A stretch of DNA of 63,120 nucleotides, counting the filler, from Sphacelaria rigidula (taxonomy: Eukaryota), in NCBI GenBank assembly GCA_964200075.2. It is 10 parts of 10 records of this genome, joined end to end, with 100 filler letters (N's around TTAATTAATTAA, not from the genome) between each part and the next. Parts side by side here need not be neighbours in the genome. Positions count along the whole stretch, not along the records: positions 44,256 to 50,477 come from CAXNAA020021415.1; positions 50,578 to 56,799 come from CAXNAA020021416.1; positions 56,900 to 63,120 come from CAXNAA020021417.1; 7 more parts are not named here. One strand, written 5' to 3'. Of the stretch, positions 49,693 through 63,120 are shown in pieces; the stretch's first letter is position 1; each line of letters opens with the position of its first letter. The notes below the pieces were generated by a model that was not told the DNA's origin, ran no database searches, and saw nothing but the letters and a program-made list of their open reading frames with translations. The translations under genes were made by a program, and so were the position numbers.

Positions 49693-50935
49693 CTCTTTAT
49701 CACGTTGGTTCACGGGCTCAAAATCACGCAGGGAATTCGACGGGAAAGTTCTATGCGTACCCAAGGCGCACCCTGGTGAACCGCTGCTGCACCCAATGTA
49801 ATTTCACGTCACCACCACCCCAAGAACAGACGCGCGACAGAGCCATAGCAATCTTTAGATCACACGAAATGAGAGCGGTTCTGACAGCAAGCTGTAGTAT
49901 ATCTTTGGATGTATGTCCTTACCACGCGTGGCTCAAGTACACGCCGTACAATGTACAAACCAGTGATGGATATCTCTCTCAAAGCAGCTTATCCACACGT
50001 TGCTGTTCGTTCGTGCGCAGGTGTCATTTTCCAATTTACCCGTTCCACCCGCCATCGACCACTCGGGGGAAACTATCACGTTGTTCACCACCATCCCAAG
50101 AACGGGAGCCGAAGGAGTGAGGTAAGTTATCAGGGTATTATGATGACAACAATGGTGACGTATAGCGATGACAGGTATTCGTTCACTTCCACCCAGTATG
50201 AGTACACACAGGGATCACCCTCCGCAACATTTAGCGATATCTGTACAAGTCATTTTCCAGTATGCTCGATCGACACGCGATCATCAACGATGACTTGCAC
50301 TGCACATTTAGCAGGAAGCCGATAAAACTTACTACTACTCACCGGCCAACATAAAATTATGACATCGATCAACTCCGGGATAGTGCATACTTCGCAGGAG
50401 ATGAACTTCACTTTAAACAGCCGATCATCTATGTTGAGGATGGTGCTTTTCATGGAGGATGAGAACCCGGAGGATTGNNNNNNNNNNNNNNNNNNNNNNN
50501 NNNNNNNNNNNNNNNNNNNNNTTAATTAATTAANNNNNNNNNNNNNNNNNNNNNNNNNNNNNNNNNNNNNNNNNNNNAGCTATGCCACTTCAGCCCCATA
50601 TTTTGTATGAACCCCAAAATATAAAATCGGCTGTAATTACTCAAGTATTTTTTCGATTGATCACGCGAGAAAACTTCGATGGTGATTATACACTGCGTAC
50701 TTTTATGGCGGTATGACAACCAAAACAATAAGCACGGTTTGGTGCTGTACTGAACTGTAAAATGCCGGGCAGGACAGTACCATCTCGTGCTTATATACGT
50801 GCAGAGCAATACGCTGCAGAGTTAGCGTGGTATATGCACCACGGATGGCTAAACAAAGTGGATACCTGTAACTTTGGTTGCATTGGGTTGTCATACACCG
50901 TCAGCTTCCGTCTATACATCACGACGCCCGTTCTT

Positions 50936-51227
50936 CACGGGTGGCCACTGGGGTCTGTAACCTGGCCATTTTGGCACCTTATCCACGTTTGGTAAGATCC
51001 GCGGATTAGGTGGACAACTGAAGAGCATTCGCACAGCATGGACAGGTTGGAAACAAAGCATGTCCAGTCTACAGGGGAGTCACCCGCCTATAGACAGGGA
51101 CATGTTTTGTTTCGATCCTGTCCATGCTGTGAGAATGCTCTTCAGTTGTCTACCCAACCCGCGGACCTTGCCAGAGGTGGATAAGGTCCCAAAATGGCCA
51201 GGTTACAGACCCCAGTGGCCACCCGTG
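50936..51227. mobile_element. Foldback MITE, ~290 bp
   Basis: CACGGGTGGCCACTGGGGTCTGTAACCTGGCCATTTTGG is perfectly complementary to the right end; arms ~110 bp. Confidence 0.9.
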
Positions 51228-51835
51228 TTGCAGCATGCCCACATGCTCCCCGCTGTAGTCAGTCGAGCGTCAAGGGAGAGTGAGTAAGGTACAGTACAGA
51301 CAGAGCAGGACTATACGTATGTTTTCTGCTCCCAGTGCGACGTGAAAAGGACTTAAACAGTGTGCGCAGCTTTGTCTGCCTGCACTGTCCGTGGGTATGT
51401 ATGCAGTAAACCGCCGGTTATTGCCCGCACCCCATCCCGCGCATGGTTCCGGCACCGCGCGACTCCGCGACCATGGAAGACGATACTAAAGTTTACACTT
51501 CCACCAACAAGACATACACCATACCCAACTACTGCAGTGTGTATCTATACCCATGCACCCAACTCGTGCTCTTTGCTGCAGGGTTTTTGTGGTGGTAATA
51601 TATCTGGCAGGATGGTCCTTAAGGTGCTCTCGAAGCAGTTAGGACACAAGTACACCAGTGAAAATGTACGCGCTGGGGGACTCTGCACGGCATGTCCTCC
51701 GGAGTCGCAACAAATGCCTTGGAGGCCATAGGCGGTCCCTCCTCCAGACGAATGATGCTCATATTTCCCTCCGCTGTTCATATTCCCTCTAAGGGACGTT
51801 CACGAAACCACGTGCTCCAGAGCACCATAACTGTA

Positions 51836-52237
51836 CAAGTATCACTGCCCTTACCCTTCACCCCAATCCCGACCCAAAGCACACCGAGAACCCTCGGGGG
51901 AGGGCGGAACGTACATTCCCAAGGAAAAGTGCGGCCTTGGTAGACTCCAAATCGGCGCCTGTGGCCCCGACTTCAACGACAAACGCGTTTTGTACGCACG
52001 CAAGGAGAACACGGGACTGTCAGCCCCAATGAATCGCGCTCCTCGTAGTTCAAACTCAATTCGAGAAATATCAGCCACTCAAAAACGCAGCCCGATGCCA
52101 GTAAACTCTACTGCACAGACGCCGATTTGGGGTCTACCAAGGCCACACTTTCCCTGGGGAATGTACTTTCCGCCCTTGCCCGAGGATTCTCGGTATGCCT
52201 TGGGTTGGGATCAGGGTTATAGGGGTAGCGATACTTG
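51836..52237. mobile_element. Tc1/mariner-type MITE with TA TSD and ~130-bp TIRs
   Basis: TA|CAAGTATC ... GATACTTG|TA, with long imperfect inverted arms. Confidence 0.82.
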
Positions 52238-53092
52238 TATTGTGTCACCCATTCTCAAACGTAGCCTAACGACGTTTAACCCTTGGACCGCGGTGCGGGT
52301 AGTCCATCTGCATCACGCATACGTTTTTCAAGTGAATATTGATGCCGATTCAGCGGGTAACCTACCCTCGCGGTCTATCGGAGGGGACGTGAAGAAACAT
52401 TCGGAGATAATGATTGACGGGGAACATCATCGAATGTTATAAACTAACACTAACACCAACAATAGCCCTAGCCCTAACCCCTACTCAAGGCGTACGAGAC
52501 CCCCGGGCGAGGAGGGTGCATAGTTTCCCCGAGGCAAAGTGTGCGTTGGCCGACTTCGAATCGTCGCGGCGGGCGCCGATTTCGACAAAACCACGTTCCG
52601 GACGAGCTGGATCCACTGCTCACCTGCCCCGAAACATATTTATTTCAGAACTTTATCAATTCTAAAGTCGAGTAGTCATCCCTGTCAAACATTGTGTACG
52701 AGTGTTTCACCAGGTCTACTGTTCTAAGGGTCAACGGGCCTAGTATTATGCTAGAAGCTAACGTGTCGTGTAACAATTTGAAAGGTCAATGTCACGCCGT
52801 TCGGGAAAAAAATATCATTCTCAATCATAATATATTGAACTCTCAATCTCACCAAATTATAGTTGTATACTGTTTGTAGAGCGTACATTGTTCCCCGCAT
52901 ACACACATGGAGAGGAAACACGTTGGGCAAGCATGTACTGTTGGAAATTTCCATGTCCCCCCCTGCTAATAGAAAATGATTCATTTGCAGTATAGTGTAG
53001 CTTGACGAGCTCGTGTGAATTACATTGTTGTGGAAACATGGTGCAGTTGAGTTGTTTTGGTCCTCGTGAGCCAGCAAAGCATAGTAGTACTG

Positions 53093-53323
53093 CGTGTGTA
53101 TTGTCGCGTCAGATTTTCTCCTCGCCAGTCTACACCTTTCGGTATATATGAGCGCACCAGCCGGGGTCACACAGGAGGACGATCACCACAGGAGTTTTTT
53201 CTTTTTTGTTTATTTTTAGTTCTAAACCTTCTGCGGTGCTTGCCTATATTGTTTATCGCGAAAGGGGTTCAGCAGTCCTCTCCCCTCCTCAATCGCTGAG
53301 TCGAATTTTGTGTACCCACGACC
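53093..53323 (-). mobile_element. SINE body and 3' part, diverged copy
   Basis: Reverse complement aligns with ~35245-35500. Confidence 0.75.
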
Positions 53324-53689
53324 TACTTATGTGAATTGTTCTTGACAATACTTATATATATATTTCGTTGGGAAAACGTATGGGTCTGTAGGGGAGGAAT
53401 TTCATCCTTGACATGATGCATGTGCGGCGTTTTCGAAATATTTTTCGCATTTTTGCATGTAATACAACGGACGCCTTATTTCTGCGACTGTTTCCTACCG
53501 AACGCGTGACCTGCCCCCGGTGCTGCGAGCCATCTGTATGGCGAGGCAACTGCTTTCGAACCCAGGCGGATGTGCGCAAAAATGACGAAGCTCTAACCAC
53601 GACACCGCAAGAACCAAACCGAAAACCGCGACCGCGGCCTGGACGACGACGATGCAGCCGCCTGGGGGAATAAGCTGAAGCCAGAGCAG

Positions 53690-56560
53690 GGGTCAAACAC
53701 GCTTTGACATTTTGAGCTTTATTTGATTTCTTTGGGAGTTTGGATTTGATTTCGGAATGTTTTCGTTTTGAAGTCTGCAGCAACGTGCCATGCCAGACAT
53801 GTGGAACGTCCTGTGGTTCCATTTTCCGTCTGTTTGTTTGTCTTAGGTTTTGTTCCCACGAAGTACTACCGTATTTTGATTGTGATTTTTCACATGATTT
53901 CAATGATATTGAAATTATCGAGAAACAAAGTAATGGGGGGGGGGGATTTGATACCATGATCCTTTTTTCAATTAATTTAAAAAAAACAAAAATTATGTGA
54001 TGGGGAGATCCACAGCGGATTATTTTGAAAAAAAAATCATGTGATGGGATGATCCACGGCGGAATATTTTGAATAATTTGATTCGTCGCTCATGGATTTC
54101 GAGATGGAATTTGATATTTTATAATCCACGCTGGTATATTTTGGACAAATTGATTCGTCGGTTCTGGATTTGGGGCGAGACATCTTCGATTGTGGGAAGA
54201 ACATGGTGTGGATTCAATCTCGAGTAGACCTGAAATGGTCTTAATCTACGGTGTCACTAAGAATTTGACTATCCACCCGCCGTTCAACATGCGAAACTGA
54301 CTTTGCGTCAGAACACTCGAGAGAGTTGACTCTGGGATCATTGATGTTATGTTTTCGAGTAGTACCTGAAGAAGGTAACAATCCCTCGAAGTCAATATGT
54401 AATATTGAATCGGAGGGGGCGTTTTAATACGGAGTAATATATGTTATATTCTGTCCAGGGTGTGGTGTTTGCTCAAGGAACAATATCTATCCTGGTGAAT
54501 TTGGGGTGATTGTACTCTTCATGCAGTGTAACTTTGATTTGACTTCTTCGCATGCATGGACTTTGGGGTAAAGAGATTGATTTTTAGCAAAAGAGAAAAT
54601 ATTTCACGAGTTAGACAATGAGTTTGACGATTTTGGGAATTTATTGGGCCGGATGATGAACAACATTTGCATTAAAGATCAGTAAACCAAAATGAAGTGG
54701 ACTTATCAACCGCTATTTTTGTTTACAAGATTTTTAGTGTTTACAGAGTTTGGCTTTATGTTCCGAGTTGCTCCCTGATAGTACAAGTCGTTGTGAAATA
54801 CACGAGTGTACTGGTACATTAATTTTCTTTGGGTATTCTAGGGTCTGTGAAGTGAACGAGGTTCCGAGGAGATGTTTTTAGTTCCTGACATGAGGGGATT
54901 CAAGCTTGCAAGTATTTACTGGTGTAGATTATATCAACTATTATTCTAGGCACTTGATAGAAGGTCGACATCAGGGAGGCTAATGACGTTTCGAAAGTGG
55001 GTTTATCTTGCTTTTCTAGAATCCAGAATGGTACAAACAGGAGCAGGTTTTGTGTTCTTATCTTGGAACAGGTAGGAAAGCTATATATTTCTGTATTCGA
55101 GCATACCTCCACTTTTAGTGTTTTGATTTGAATTGATTCGACTTGAATTTAAATTTTGTTGTCAAAAACGAGGAGAAATGGTACACACGCCACTCCTGCA
55201 GGTTTTCATCTTCCAGTGTGTTTTTTGCGTATTATTTCGAGGAGGTATTTTCTGTTCGGTGGAATGAAATGACGGGTACGATTTGTGGTTGGGCATGCGT
55301 GCAGGTTTACCATGTAAACATCACTGTGAGTGTTGACTGTAGACATTTGCCTGATGTAGACCGTGTTGCAAACGGTATGTTGAACTGAATTTCACGTAGA
55401 CAGCAGCGTCTGATTGCTGTGCGAACAACGCGCTTTTAATAGATTCGAGTTTTGGAAGATTGTGTGTATTCCTCGAATGTCATCATGGTATTTGAGGAGT
55501 CTAAAACAAGTGTCCACCGTGCATTTATCTATGATTTTTGGTCGTCCTGAGGAAATTTTGGGAACTGGTGAATGATTGAGATTGATATTCATACATTTCA
55601 TTTTCTTGTGCTGACTGACGCAAATGGTTGCTGAAATGGAGCATGGGTCGGTTACAAAGTACTGAATATATTCAGGATTTATTTGAGCTTTCAGTTGCTA
55701 AAGTAGACAAGTTTGCGACGTCTGTGCGTGGCTGGAGAGGTTTGTTTCTGGACAGGATCGGGTTTAATTTTTCAGTTGTTTGTAATACATTATGGTGTTG
55801 GATTAACATTTGTAAGTACATGAAATATTTTGCCGTTTTCAGAATGAGGCACTATGTATTCAGGATAAACTATCAGTCGTACAGCCGTAAGCAGGGAGGC
55901 TCATCGAATATACTTACGCTCAAGGATTGTAACTGTAAACATGCCTCGATGCGAGGGAACTGGATATTGAAATTAGACCATGATGACGTACAGGGGAATA
56001 TCGAATAAGAGATTAGTACATTTGTTGAAGGTATACCCGACATGATGGTTGCAGTGGATATCTGAGGGGGGCACACGCTTTGTCCTTTGGCGAAGAGATG
56101 GGGTTATGACGTGTCATTTCATTTGAGGGATTTCCTCAAGAATACACTCCCCACCCTATTTAGTGTACAAAAGATATGTGTGGGTTTTGAGTATACGTGT
56201 GTCGAGTTCGAGGAAATATTTTGAGCGTGTTCTATGGGTTAATTTCATATATGATATCTGGTCTCGACTGGCCATGATCCACCTACAGGTTTCCCCGACG
56301 ATGCACCCCGTGCATGGGGCATCCTATTCAAACGAGCAAGTGTTGGCAAAGCGAGAAATTTTGTGTCTGATCCAGAACACGCGATTCGTAGTTATAGAGG
56401 CGTTCAAAGATGCACTGTTGTTAGGGTGGCATGGTGGCGTATGTGTACATACACGACTATTCCGGTACGATGCGCTGGTTCTGAAACTACTCAAAATTAG
56501 TTTCTCGAGGAATTCTGGTTTTCTGTACACCCTCTATAAACGCTATGAGATATATAACAG
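53690..56560 (-). pseudogene. Probable heavily decayed Ty3/gypsy-like pol (RT-RH-IN order)
   Basis: AT-rich block with many stops. Remnants on the minus strand: KYHDDI (~55490, YxDD-like), ELKT...IPK (~54880) and WNHRTFH...KAC (~53820-53695, HHCC-like). All motifs are weak. Confidence 0.3.
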
Positions 56561-56968
56561 CCGATCCTAATATTCGGGGTTGAAACCAAAATGAGGTTGA
56601 AGTCCCATTTCTCTATCGCAGGGAAGATACGAAAGAGTAACACAGAGCGAAAGTATCTCCCCCCCCCAAACTCCGCAGGGGGGCTTAACCGTCAGACCGC
56701 GAGAGTAGGTCACCTGCTGAATCGGCATCAATATTCACACGGAAAAAGTACACGTGGTCCAGACGGATTACCAACACCGCGGCCCAAGGGTGAAGCAACN
56801 NNNNNNNNNNNNNNNNNNNNNNNNNNNNNNNNNNNNNNNNNNNTTAATTAATTAANNNNNNNNNNNNNNNNNNNNNNNNNNNNNNNNNNNNNNNNNNNNC
56901 CCGCCCTTTCTTCTCCCTTTTTGCCCCCTCGCGCCCTTTCTGTCTTGTTCTTCGGGATGCGCGAGGAG

Positions 56969-56999
<31 letters not shown>

Positions 57000-57993
57000 T
57001 TGGGAAGGGGGGGGGGGGGTATTTTGGGCCATTCCTTCCACGAAATTCCACTTCAAATTATCGTTGAAAGAAGAAAACGGTTTTTCGGACGCGCTTCTCA
57101 TTGATGAATGACGGTGTTTATTGACACTGCTTGAGACCGTTTTTGCCCAACTACAAGCGCACCGCGAGTGTGATGGGTCGTCTGACACATCCATCAGCCC
57201 CTTTTTTCGTGCAATCAAACGCCCACTCCCCCCCTCCCCCCCCCTCCTCATCGCAGCATGACTCAGTACGGGATGGTGATGCTGCATGCCCGTGTATGGC
57301 GTTCAAAACTGCGGTAAGTTTTGTTTTGACAATCTCGCCGTGAAACGGGGGGGCGGTCGGAAATGCAAGGGCGTGATCGATCGGCCCTCCCGGTTTTCAG
57401 CAGCAGCGCACAAAACAAATACCATCTGTTAAAACGTTCAACACGATGAAAGAAACGGGTGTTCGACGGGTGGCTTAATTGTAATGATAATGTACACTCT
57501 TGGTCACAACCACACGATCTGTTGCCACGGGCAACAGCGTGCGTCATGATGCTGCACTCTGCTGTTGTACTGTATCTGCGCGGACTGCTGTATAGTGTGT
57601 TCTGAAAATCGCTCAGGTCGTTGCCATCTCTTGGAACTTTGCTGCTACCGAAGTCCCTGCACGTCTCTGAAGTACTTTTCACGTCGCATTGTAAGCAGAG
57701 AGAACTGATAGTCCTGGGCTGTCTGCACTGCACGTTGCCCGCTTCTCCTTTATATCCTCCTGCACGAAACACACGCACGCACTCAAGACACCCTGCTTGC
57801 AAGCAGGGCAGACAGTACAGACTGTCTATACTGTACACCAGTGACCATGTGCCGTTTCACGAATTTCATCGTATTTTTTAGATCGAAAGCTTGAAAACCC
57901 ATCTGGACCCAACCGCACCAAAGCGAGGAAGTTTCGCTCAGATCGATTCCACCGTCCCATTTTTCGATCGAAAACTAATGTACTAAGACAGGG

Positions 57994-58340
57994 CCTCACA
58001 CACGCGGCCATTTGGCTACCTACAAAATTCCTCCAGGCGCGTAAACTTTTCGAGCCTCCAGAGGAATTAAACGCCCCCGGAGGAGTGCGTGGCTTTCCAG
58101 AGGAAATTATTTGGTTTCCTCCCTCCAGAGGGGTTAAACGCCTGCGGAGGCTTATTTTTGCCTCTGGAGGGCCGCGCATACCCCCAATTTCCTCCGGAGG
58201 GGTTCGCGGCCCTCCGGATGCGTAGAGTTTGGTTTTCTACAGAGGGATTGAAGGCCTCCGGAGGTTTGCTTTCCCCCTGGAGGGCCGCGCATCCCTCCGG
58301 CGGCATTTTGGGGTGTAGCCAAATGGCCGCGTGTGTAGGG
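57994..58340. mobile_element. MITE family E copy
   Basis: CACACGCGGCCATTTGGCTAC ... GTAGCCAAATGGCCGCGTGTG perfect TIRs; homologous to 4551-4920. Confidence 0.85.
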
Positions 58341-58902
58341 CGAGCGTTTTTGCTAGTTTGTTCGAAAGTCAACCATAGATATACGACCAAAACTCTACGT
58401 CGCCTCCTGTTTTCCCCAGACTTCCCCGACTTTTCCAAGAAAAAACTTCCTCCCCGGAAAAACTGACAAATATTTTGAAACCAGGTCAAGGAATAGAGCA
58501 GTTTAACCTTCTTGACCGTGAGGTTAGTCCAACTGGATCATATACATACGTTTTCCACCTCTCGCTGTCTAAGGAAAACGACTGACGACATATTACGTGG
58601 AAAATTCAGCATTGACTTTTTTCGCTAGATATAGCTAATATATATATATATATATCTTGGAAGTTTCATCCGAAAATGCATGGAAATGATAAACATATAA
58701 TCCATGAGCATTGGCTATGGACAAACAAAGTAATGCCAACCCACGGCGCGTCTTACTCTCCGAGATGGTCCATGGTGTAACTGGTGAGGCTCCTGATGAC
58801 TTACGCTTACGAGCGCTACCGCGTGCGCACCGGACAGCTCTGCACAGTGTTGCGTTGCAGTCCGAACTATCTAGACTTCTTGAAACGTGAAGTTTCGACT
58901 GC

Positions 58903-59139
58903 TGCCGAGATAGCCCCGCCCCGAACCGGCCAAAAAAGTGCACGAAGGCGATGATCGTAAATGCCGTTAGAGCTGGTTTGGTGCTGCACGACGCGACTCA
59001 TGTGGGCACTATAGCTGATTTCGAACTGCTACACGCCTCCCGCGTGGGCGAAATTGCTGCAAACGAGTCCAGTAATGGGATCGCAGCCGGTTTGTCGGCC
59101 GGTCTCCGGTGCACTTTTTGTGGGGGGGCTATCTCGGCA
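58903..59139. mobile_element. Putative MITE, ~240 bp
   Basis: TGCCGAGATAGCCCC...AAAAAGTGCAC versus GTGCACTTTTT...GGGGCTATCTCGGCA. Single copy in this window. Confidence 0.55.
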
Positions 59140-61011
59140 TTAGTCTTTCGGAGAAAAAATCAAGCAAGCCGCTCCATGTTCGGAGAAGGCTGAGCGCCGG
59201 GTCTGAAAACGCCGAAAAGTTCAGACATTTTGAAAAAAAACAGAGTCGCCAACACTGGGCTTCGTGGAATAGAGCAAGGGTCAGAAATTACTTGATTGTA
59301 ATCTAATTGATTCGTACCGTGCGGGTCAATCCTTAAGCTTTATTTTCAGCGTTGCAACCAAGGTGCGCGCGGCCCAGGGACGTGGAATGGTACAAAAATC
59401 GCGTGGAGACATTTTTGACCAGCGGTCAACTTTTCCCCCTCTCTTTCGAGCAATCACGCCTGCAATATCGTCCGAACCGTGGAATAAAGGTCGACATCGG
59501 CTCGGAACGCTGGCGCTACAGACTATAGCTCTATCCGAGGCGTCTGGATGGCAAAAAAAACATGCCACTGTGCAGGTTGGAAGGGCAAAATGTATCCTTC
59601 CCCAATTCACGATCAAATTGGCACACTCTGCTTCGAGCCGGCAGTGCCGTAATGACTTCACGACGTCAACCATTCTTCGTCAGCGCTGGCATCCCCGTGA
59701 TTTATCCGTGACAAACTGTTCCAATTCGCGCTCTACAGTCACGGTTGGCCGGCCGATTGCACGCAAAGGCGCGGGCCAGATCTCGGTGAGAAGTGAGTTC
59801 CTTGTGAATGACACGCTCGCAAGTCCGTCGCCAGCTGCACAGGACGTCGGGATGTATCCTTGCCAATGCTACGGTATCGTAGACAGCACGATCCCCGCCG
59901 CTCTCTAAGCACCAGAGGTGGTGAGGTCATATCTCTGCTGATCTTGTTTTTTTGCGCTACACCAGAGTGACTGTATTGGAATTGAAAACTGCCCTCTGTC
60001 CCATCCTAAGATCGAGTGAAACGACAAGAAGTTTCGCGATCAGGTGACTATCCGTGAATGCTCACTAAGAATGTTGGCGTAGGAGCCGATTCCCCACACA
60101 CTTCAGGGTGATTCTGATGAAAAAATACAAGCTCAAACGCTCCCGTAGTGCTCAGTCTGTCGCGATCAGTTCGACTCAAGATCCGGCACTGTCTGTCAGG
60201 GAACATTGCCCTCTTCTGTGTTTGCAACGGGATAGCCCGTCTTCTCCAACAGCTTCGCAGCCGTCCTTTGCACAATACTCAGTTCTGTTCGACTCGGCTT
60301 CACGGCCACGTCTTGTGTGAAAACATGAAAGGCAGCAAGCTCATAAGTACCAGGAGGCGTGATCGATACTTGCTACCGGTGTTACTGCAAGCGTTGATCA
60401 AAGAGTTGAATCGAGGGACACAAATATGCTGGCAAGATCCGCCGCTTCCTTGCTTCCTGCCGGCCAGTGTGACGTCGCACTTTCTACGACTGTATTGAGA
60501 AAATGAAAAAAGTTCTGATTGAGTGTATATTCTTCATTTACAACAGTACATGTTTCGAATCCGCGCAGCGCATAAAACGCTTTGGGCCGCTGATACTACT
60601 TGGTGTTGGGTCAACACCTACCTGCGGCATCAAGCGATACATTGTGAAGTTTCAACATCAGGCACTACAGCAGTTCTACTACTGTTGCATCAACACCACC
60701 CTGCGACGTCAAGCTACACATATTTGAAGTTTCAACAGCATCATGAGGCACAAGGTGCGCTGCTGACTCTAGACGCCCAAGCTTTCAGCATACCGCATCC
60801 AAATTCTTGGATGGGAATTACCCTGACTCGTGTGCAAAATTGCAAAGTTCCAGGGCGTCAACATTTGCGGATGAATACGAATACATTATTGAACAACCAG
60901 GCTGTACCACACAACAAGCGTACAGTCAGTGCAGTGCAATACGAACACCACATATCGTAATGATGATCAACGACTCATGGCACAATGAACTACATGACAA
61001 CATTGCCCATC

Positions 61012-61613
61012 TCATTTGAAACTGACCCGACTAGTGGGGAGATTCGGCGAGCCCGCCCTGCTCCTTTCCCCCCTGGCCGCACCAGGTTCAATACCTTCAT
61101 CTACCCCATATTCGTACCCGCTTTCTACCCAACTGGTATTGTACGAGTGTATTTGTGATCCACCCGCCCAACACTCAAGTGGAACGTCGACTTTTGTATT
61201 TGTCGGCATCTCTGAAGGAATCACCTCGTTATCGTTGCCCTGTGCCATGCCAACTTGGACGTTGTTGTTTGCGTTGCTATTGTTGCTGGTGGTGGTGTTG
61301 GGGAGGTTGCCGTCATAATAGTTGCCCGCCGTTGATTCGCTGGTGTCCATGTCTGCGCACTCACGCCAACTGATGTGCATTCCGGAGCCCCCGCTGACTG
61401 GGGTGTGCCCCCCTACTGACGAATTTCTTCTCCCGTTGTCAGCACCTTTGGTCGAGAAGACGCGCGGTAGAGATGTCTGTGATATACGCAGTTGCGCGTA
61501 CAAATTTTTATTTCCTGTGTTTTTCGAAAACAGTGTCTGTCGGCGGCACAGCTGCTCTGACAAGGGCTGTACTTGTACTGCATCTACATGCTGTACCAGG
61601 AGCACCCGACTGC
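61012..61613 (-). CDS. Possible exon of a low-complexity hypothetical protein
   Basis: ~200 open codons, N/S/G-rich, preceded by a TGCAG acceptor. No recognisable domain. Confidence 0.35.
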
Positions 61614-63120
61614 CTGCACATATACGAGAAAACGCGGCTTGTCAGAACCGATCCGAATTTTTCGTTTTCGTCGAAACCGCCTCCGTACAGATTATCCAAG
61701 GAAAACAAAGGCTCATTTTTTGGTTTTCATATGTCTGAAACCATGAAATGATGAGCATCTCTAATCTACAATACTGTTGTTATAGAGTTATAGATATATT
61801 TCATCTATTGAGAGTGGTGGAATCTTTTAGTTGGGTGATCTAAACAGAAGAGTATTGTAACAGCCTTGATTATCTGAATGCAGTCAAATCGTCTGAGGCA
61901 ATCTTGTCCGAGGGGGTTGTCTGCCCAGAGTACCACGACTTGATATCTCTGCTGGTGCAATTCTCCCGGTGGTTCCGCCGGCAGATTGGTTGCTGGGTAG
62001 TTATCGAGCCCCTCTACCTGGGCGTCCAGTTGGTAGAGAGGCGTTTGGTGGCCGCACTGACGGGCGGAGCGAAACTCACGTGTCATTACTCCATAGGGCG
62101 GACTCCTGCGCCTATATGTGTTGGTTGTTGTGGCTGTTCAATCCGCTACAAGGAGGGAGAACGAGAAGTAGCTCGCTGTACCCACCTACTATACAGTATC
62201 ATTGCCAGCAATCATGCGAACGTTTGAACAAACCTACTCTGATACTCGATATCTACCTCTGGTAGTTCACCCAGAGCGGCATCGCGTTTTTGAACCTGTT
62301 GAGATCGGACTCCTAGGAACCAGGGGCGGGGCCGCTTCTTACGACGAACAAAAGGAAAGAGACCAAAGTTTCCTTCTAAGAGTTTCTGCGCACGTCGCTT
62401 TACGCCGTAGAAGAGAGCTATCAGTAGCCAGATTCTGACACCTTGGAATGCCTCGCTGTACTCTTTGGATGGTTCCACACACCTGCGCGCTTATTATACC
62501 CGACAGCGGTGGGCGAAGTATTTTTCTTGCCCAGTAAACTTGAATTTATCTCGGAGACCGGTCAAGTCCAGAACAAAGTTTATGACAGCCTACAGAGACC
62601 TCTTGTATGTCATAACCTTTAGTCCAGAAATGCTTCGGAAGTTGCTGGCGTTCTTCTGGACTTGAGGCCGCTCCTGATGGCAGAAGAATATACGCAACGA
62701 ACTCTGCAGAAAAAAGTGCCCTTTCCGAGCTTCTAGGTCGTTTTACGCCCTCAAAGAGAGCTAGAAGGATTTTGACACCTTGGAATGCCTCGCTGTGCTC
62801 GTCGAGACGGTTCCAGCACACCTGTGCGTTCTTCCGGTGGCCGCAGTTTTTTATTTGGCCGACCTTTCAACCTTGCATTCTTCCCCGAAACCTGTAACAG
62901 GTCATTTTTCTCGGCGATCGGTCACGTCCAGACAAATCTCGGAAATTTCCCGGACTTGACCGGTCTCCGAGAAAAATAGCCAGTCTCCGAGAAAAATGCA
63001 AGTTTAGGTAAGATAAACTCTACGGCCACCTGAAGGCGGACGCGCAGATAACAGTGTTTTCGTGAGATTGAGAGTAGATGATACGATTGAGAGTGGCTTT
63101 GGTCATTCGCTTTAAGTGAA

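Noticed and set aside
62060..62730. DNA methyltransferase-like hints (SPPY near 62100; AEFV and GYDIQ near 62700-62610)
   Set aside because: The motifs would belong to different MTase classes, are in no coherent order or frame, and no SAM-binding or catalytic PC motif is visible.
133..62979. The bulk of short six-frame ORFs in the track
   Set aside because: They overlap repeats, use non-ATG starts, or are antisense shadows, as expected by chance in ~50% GC DNA.

Overview
This is eukaryotic, repeat-rich DNA with GT-AG introns, and it is not one locus. Ten unrelated contigs (6223 bp, eight of 6222 bp, then 6221 bp, i.e. size-sorted) are joined by artificial 100-bp linkers (N44-TTAATTAATTAA-N44), so no linkage can be inferred across them. 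Gene content and style suggest a brown alga or other photosynthetic stramenopile (inference). Recoverable coding pieces: (i) an apparently complete 3-exon gene for a ~746-aa protein with an N-terminal EGF-like module, seven hydrophobic helices and a ~320-aa loop between TM5 and TM6 (GPCR-like topology; the most interesting item); (ii) four exons of a galactose-3-O-sulfotransferase-family gene; (iii) the last two exons of PRMT5; (iv) the last exon of an ALY/REF- or Chtop-like RGG protein; (v) a few hypothetical exons. The rest is a dense mosaic of mobile elements: a tRNA-derived SINE, a ~370-bp Helitron-like element, ~100-bp piggyBac-type MITEs (including five stacked on shared TTAA sites), several foldback MITEs, a pol-less LTR element whose protease region is folded into a ~570-bp hairpin, and decayed copia/gypsy fragments. 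No CRISPR array, rRNA gene or convincing functional tRNA was seen.
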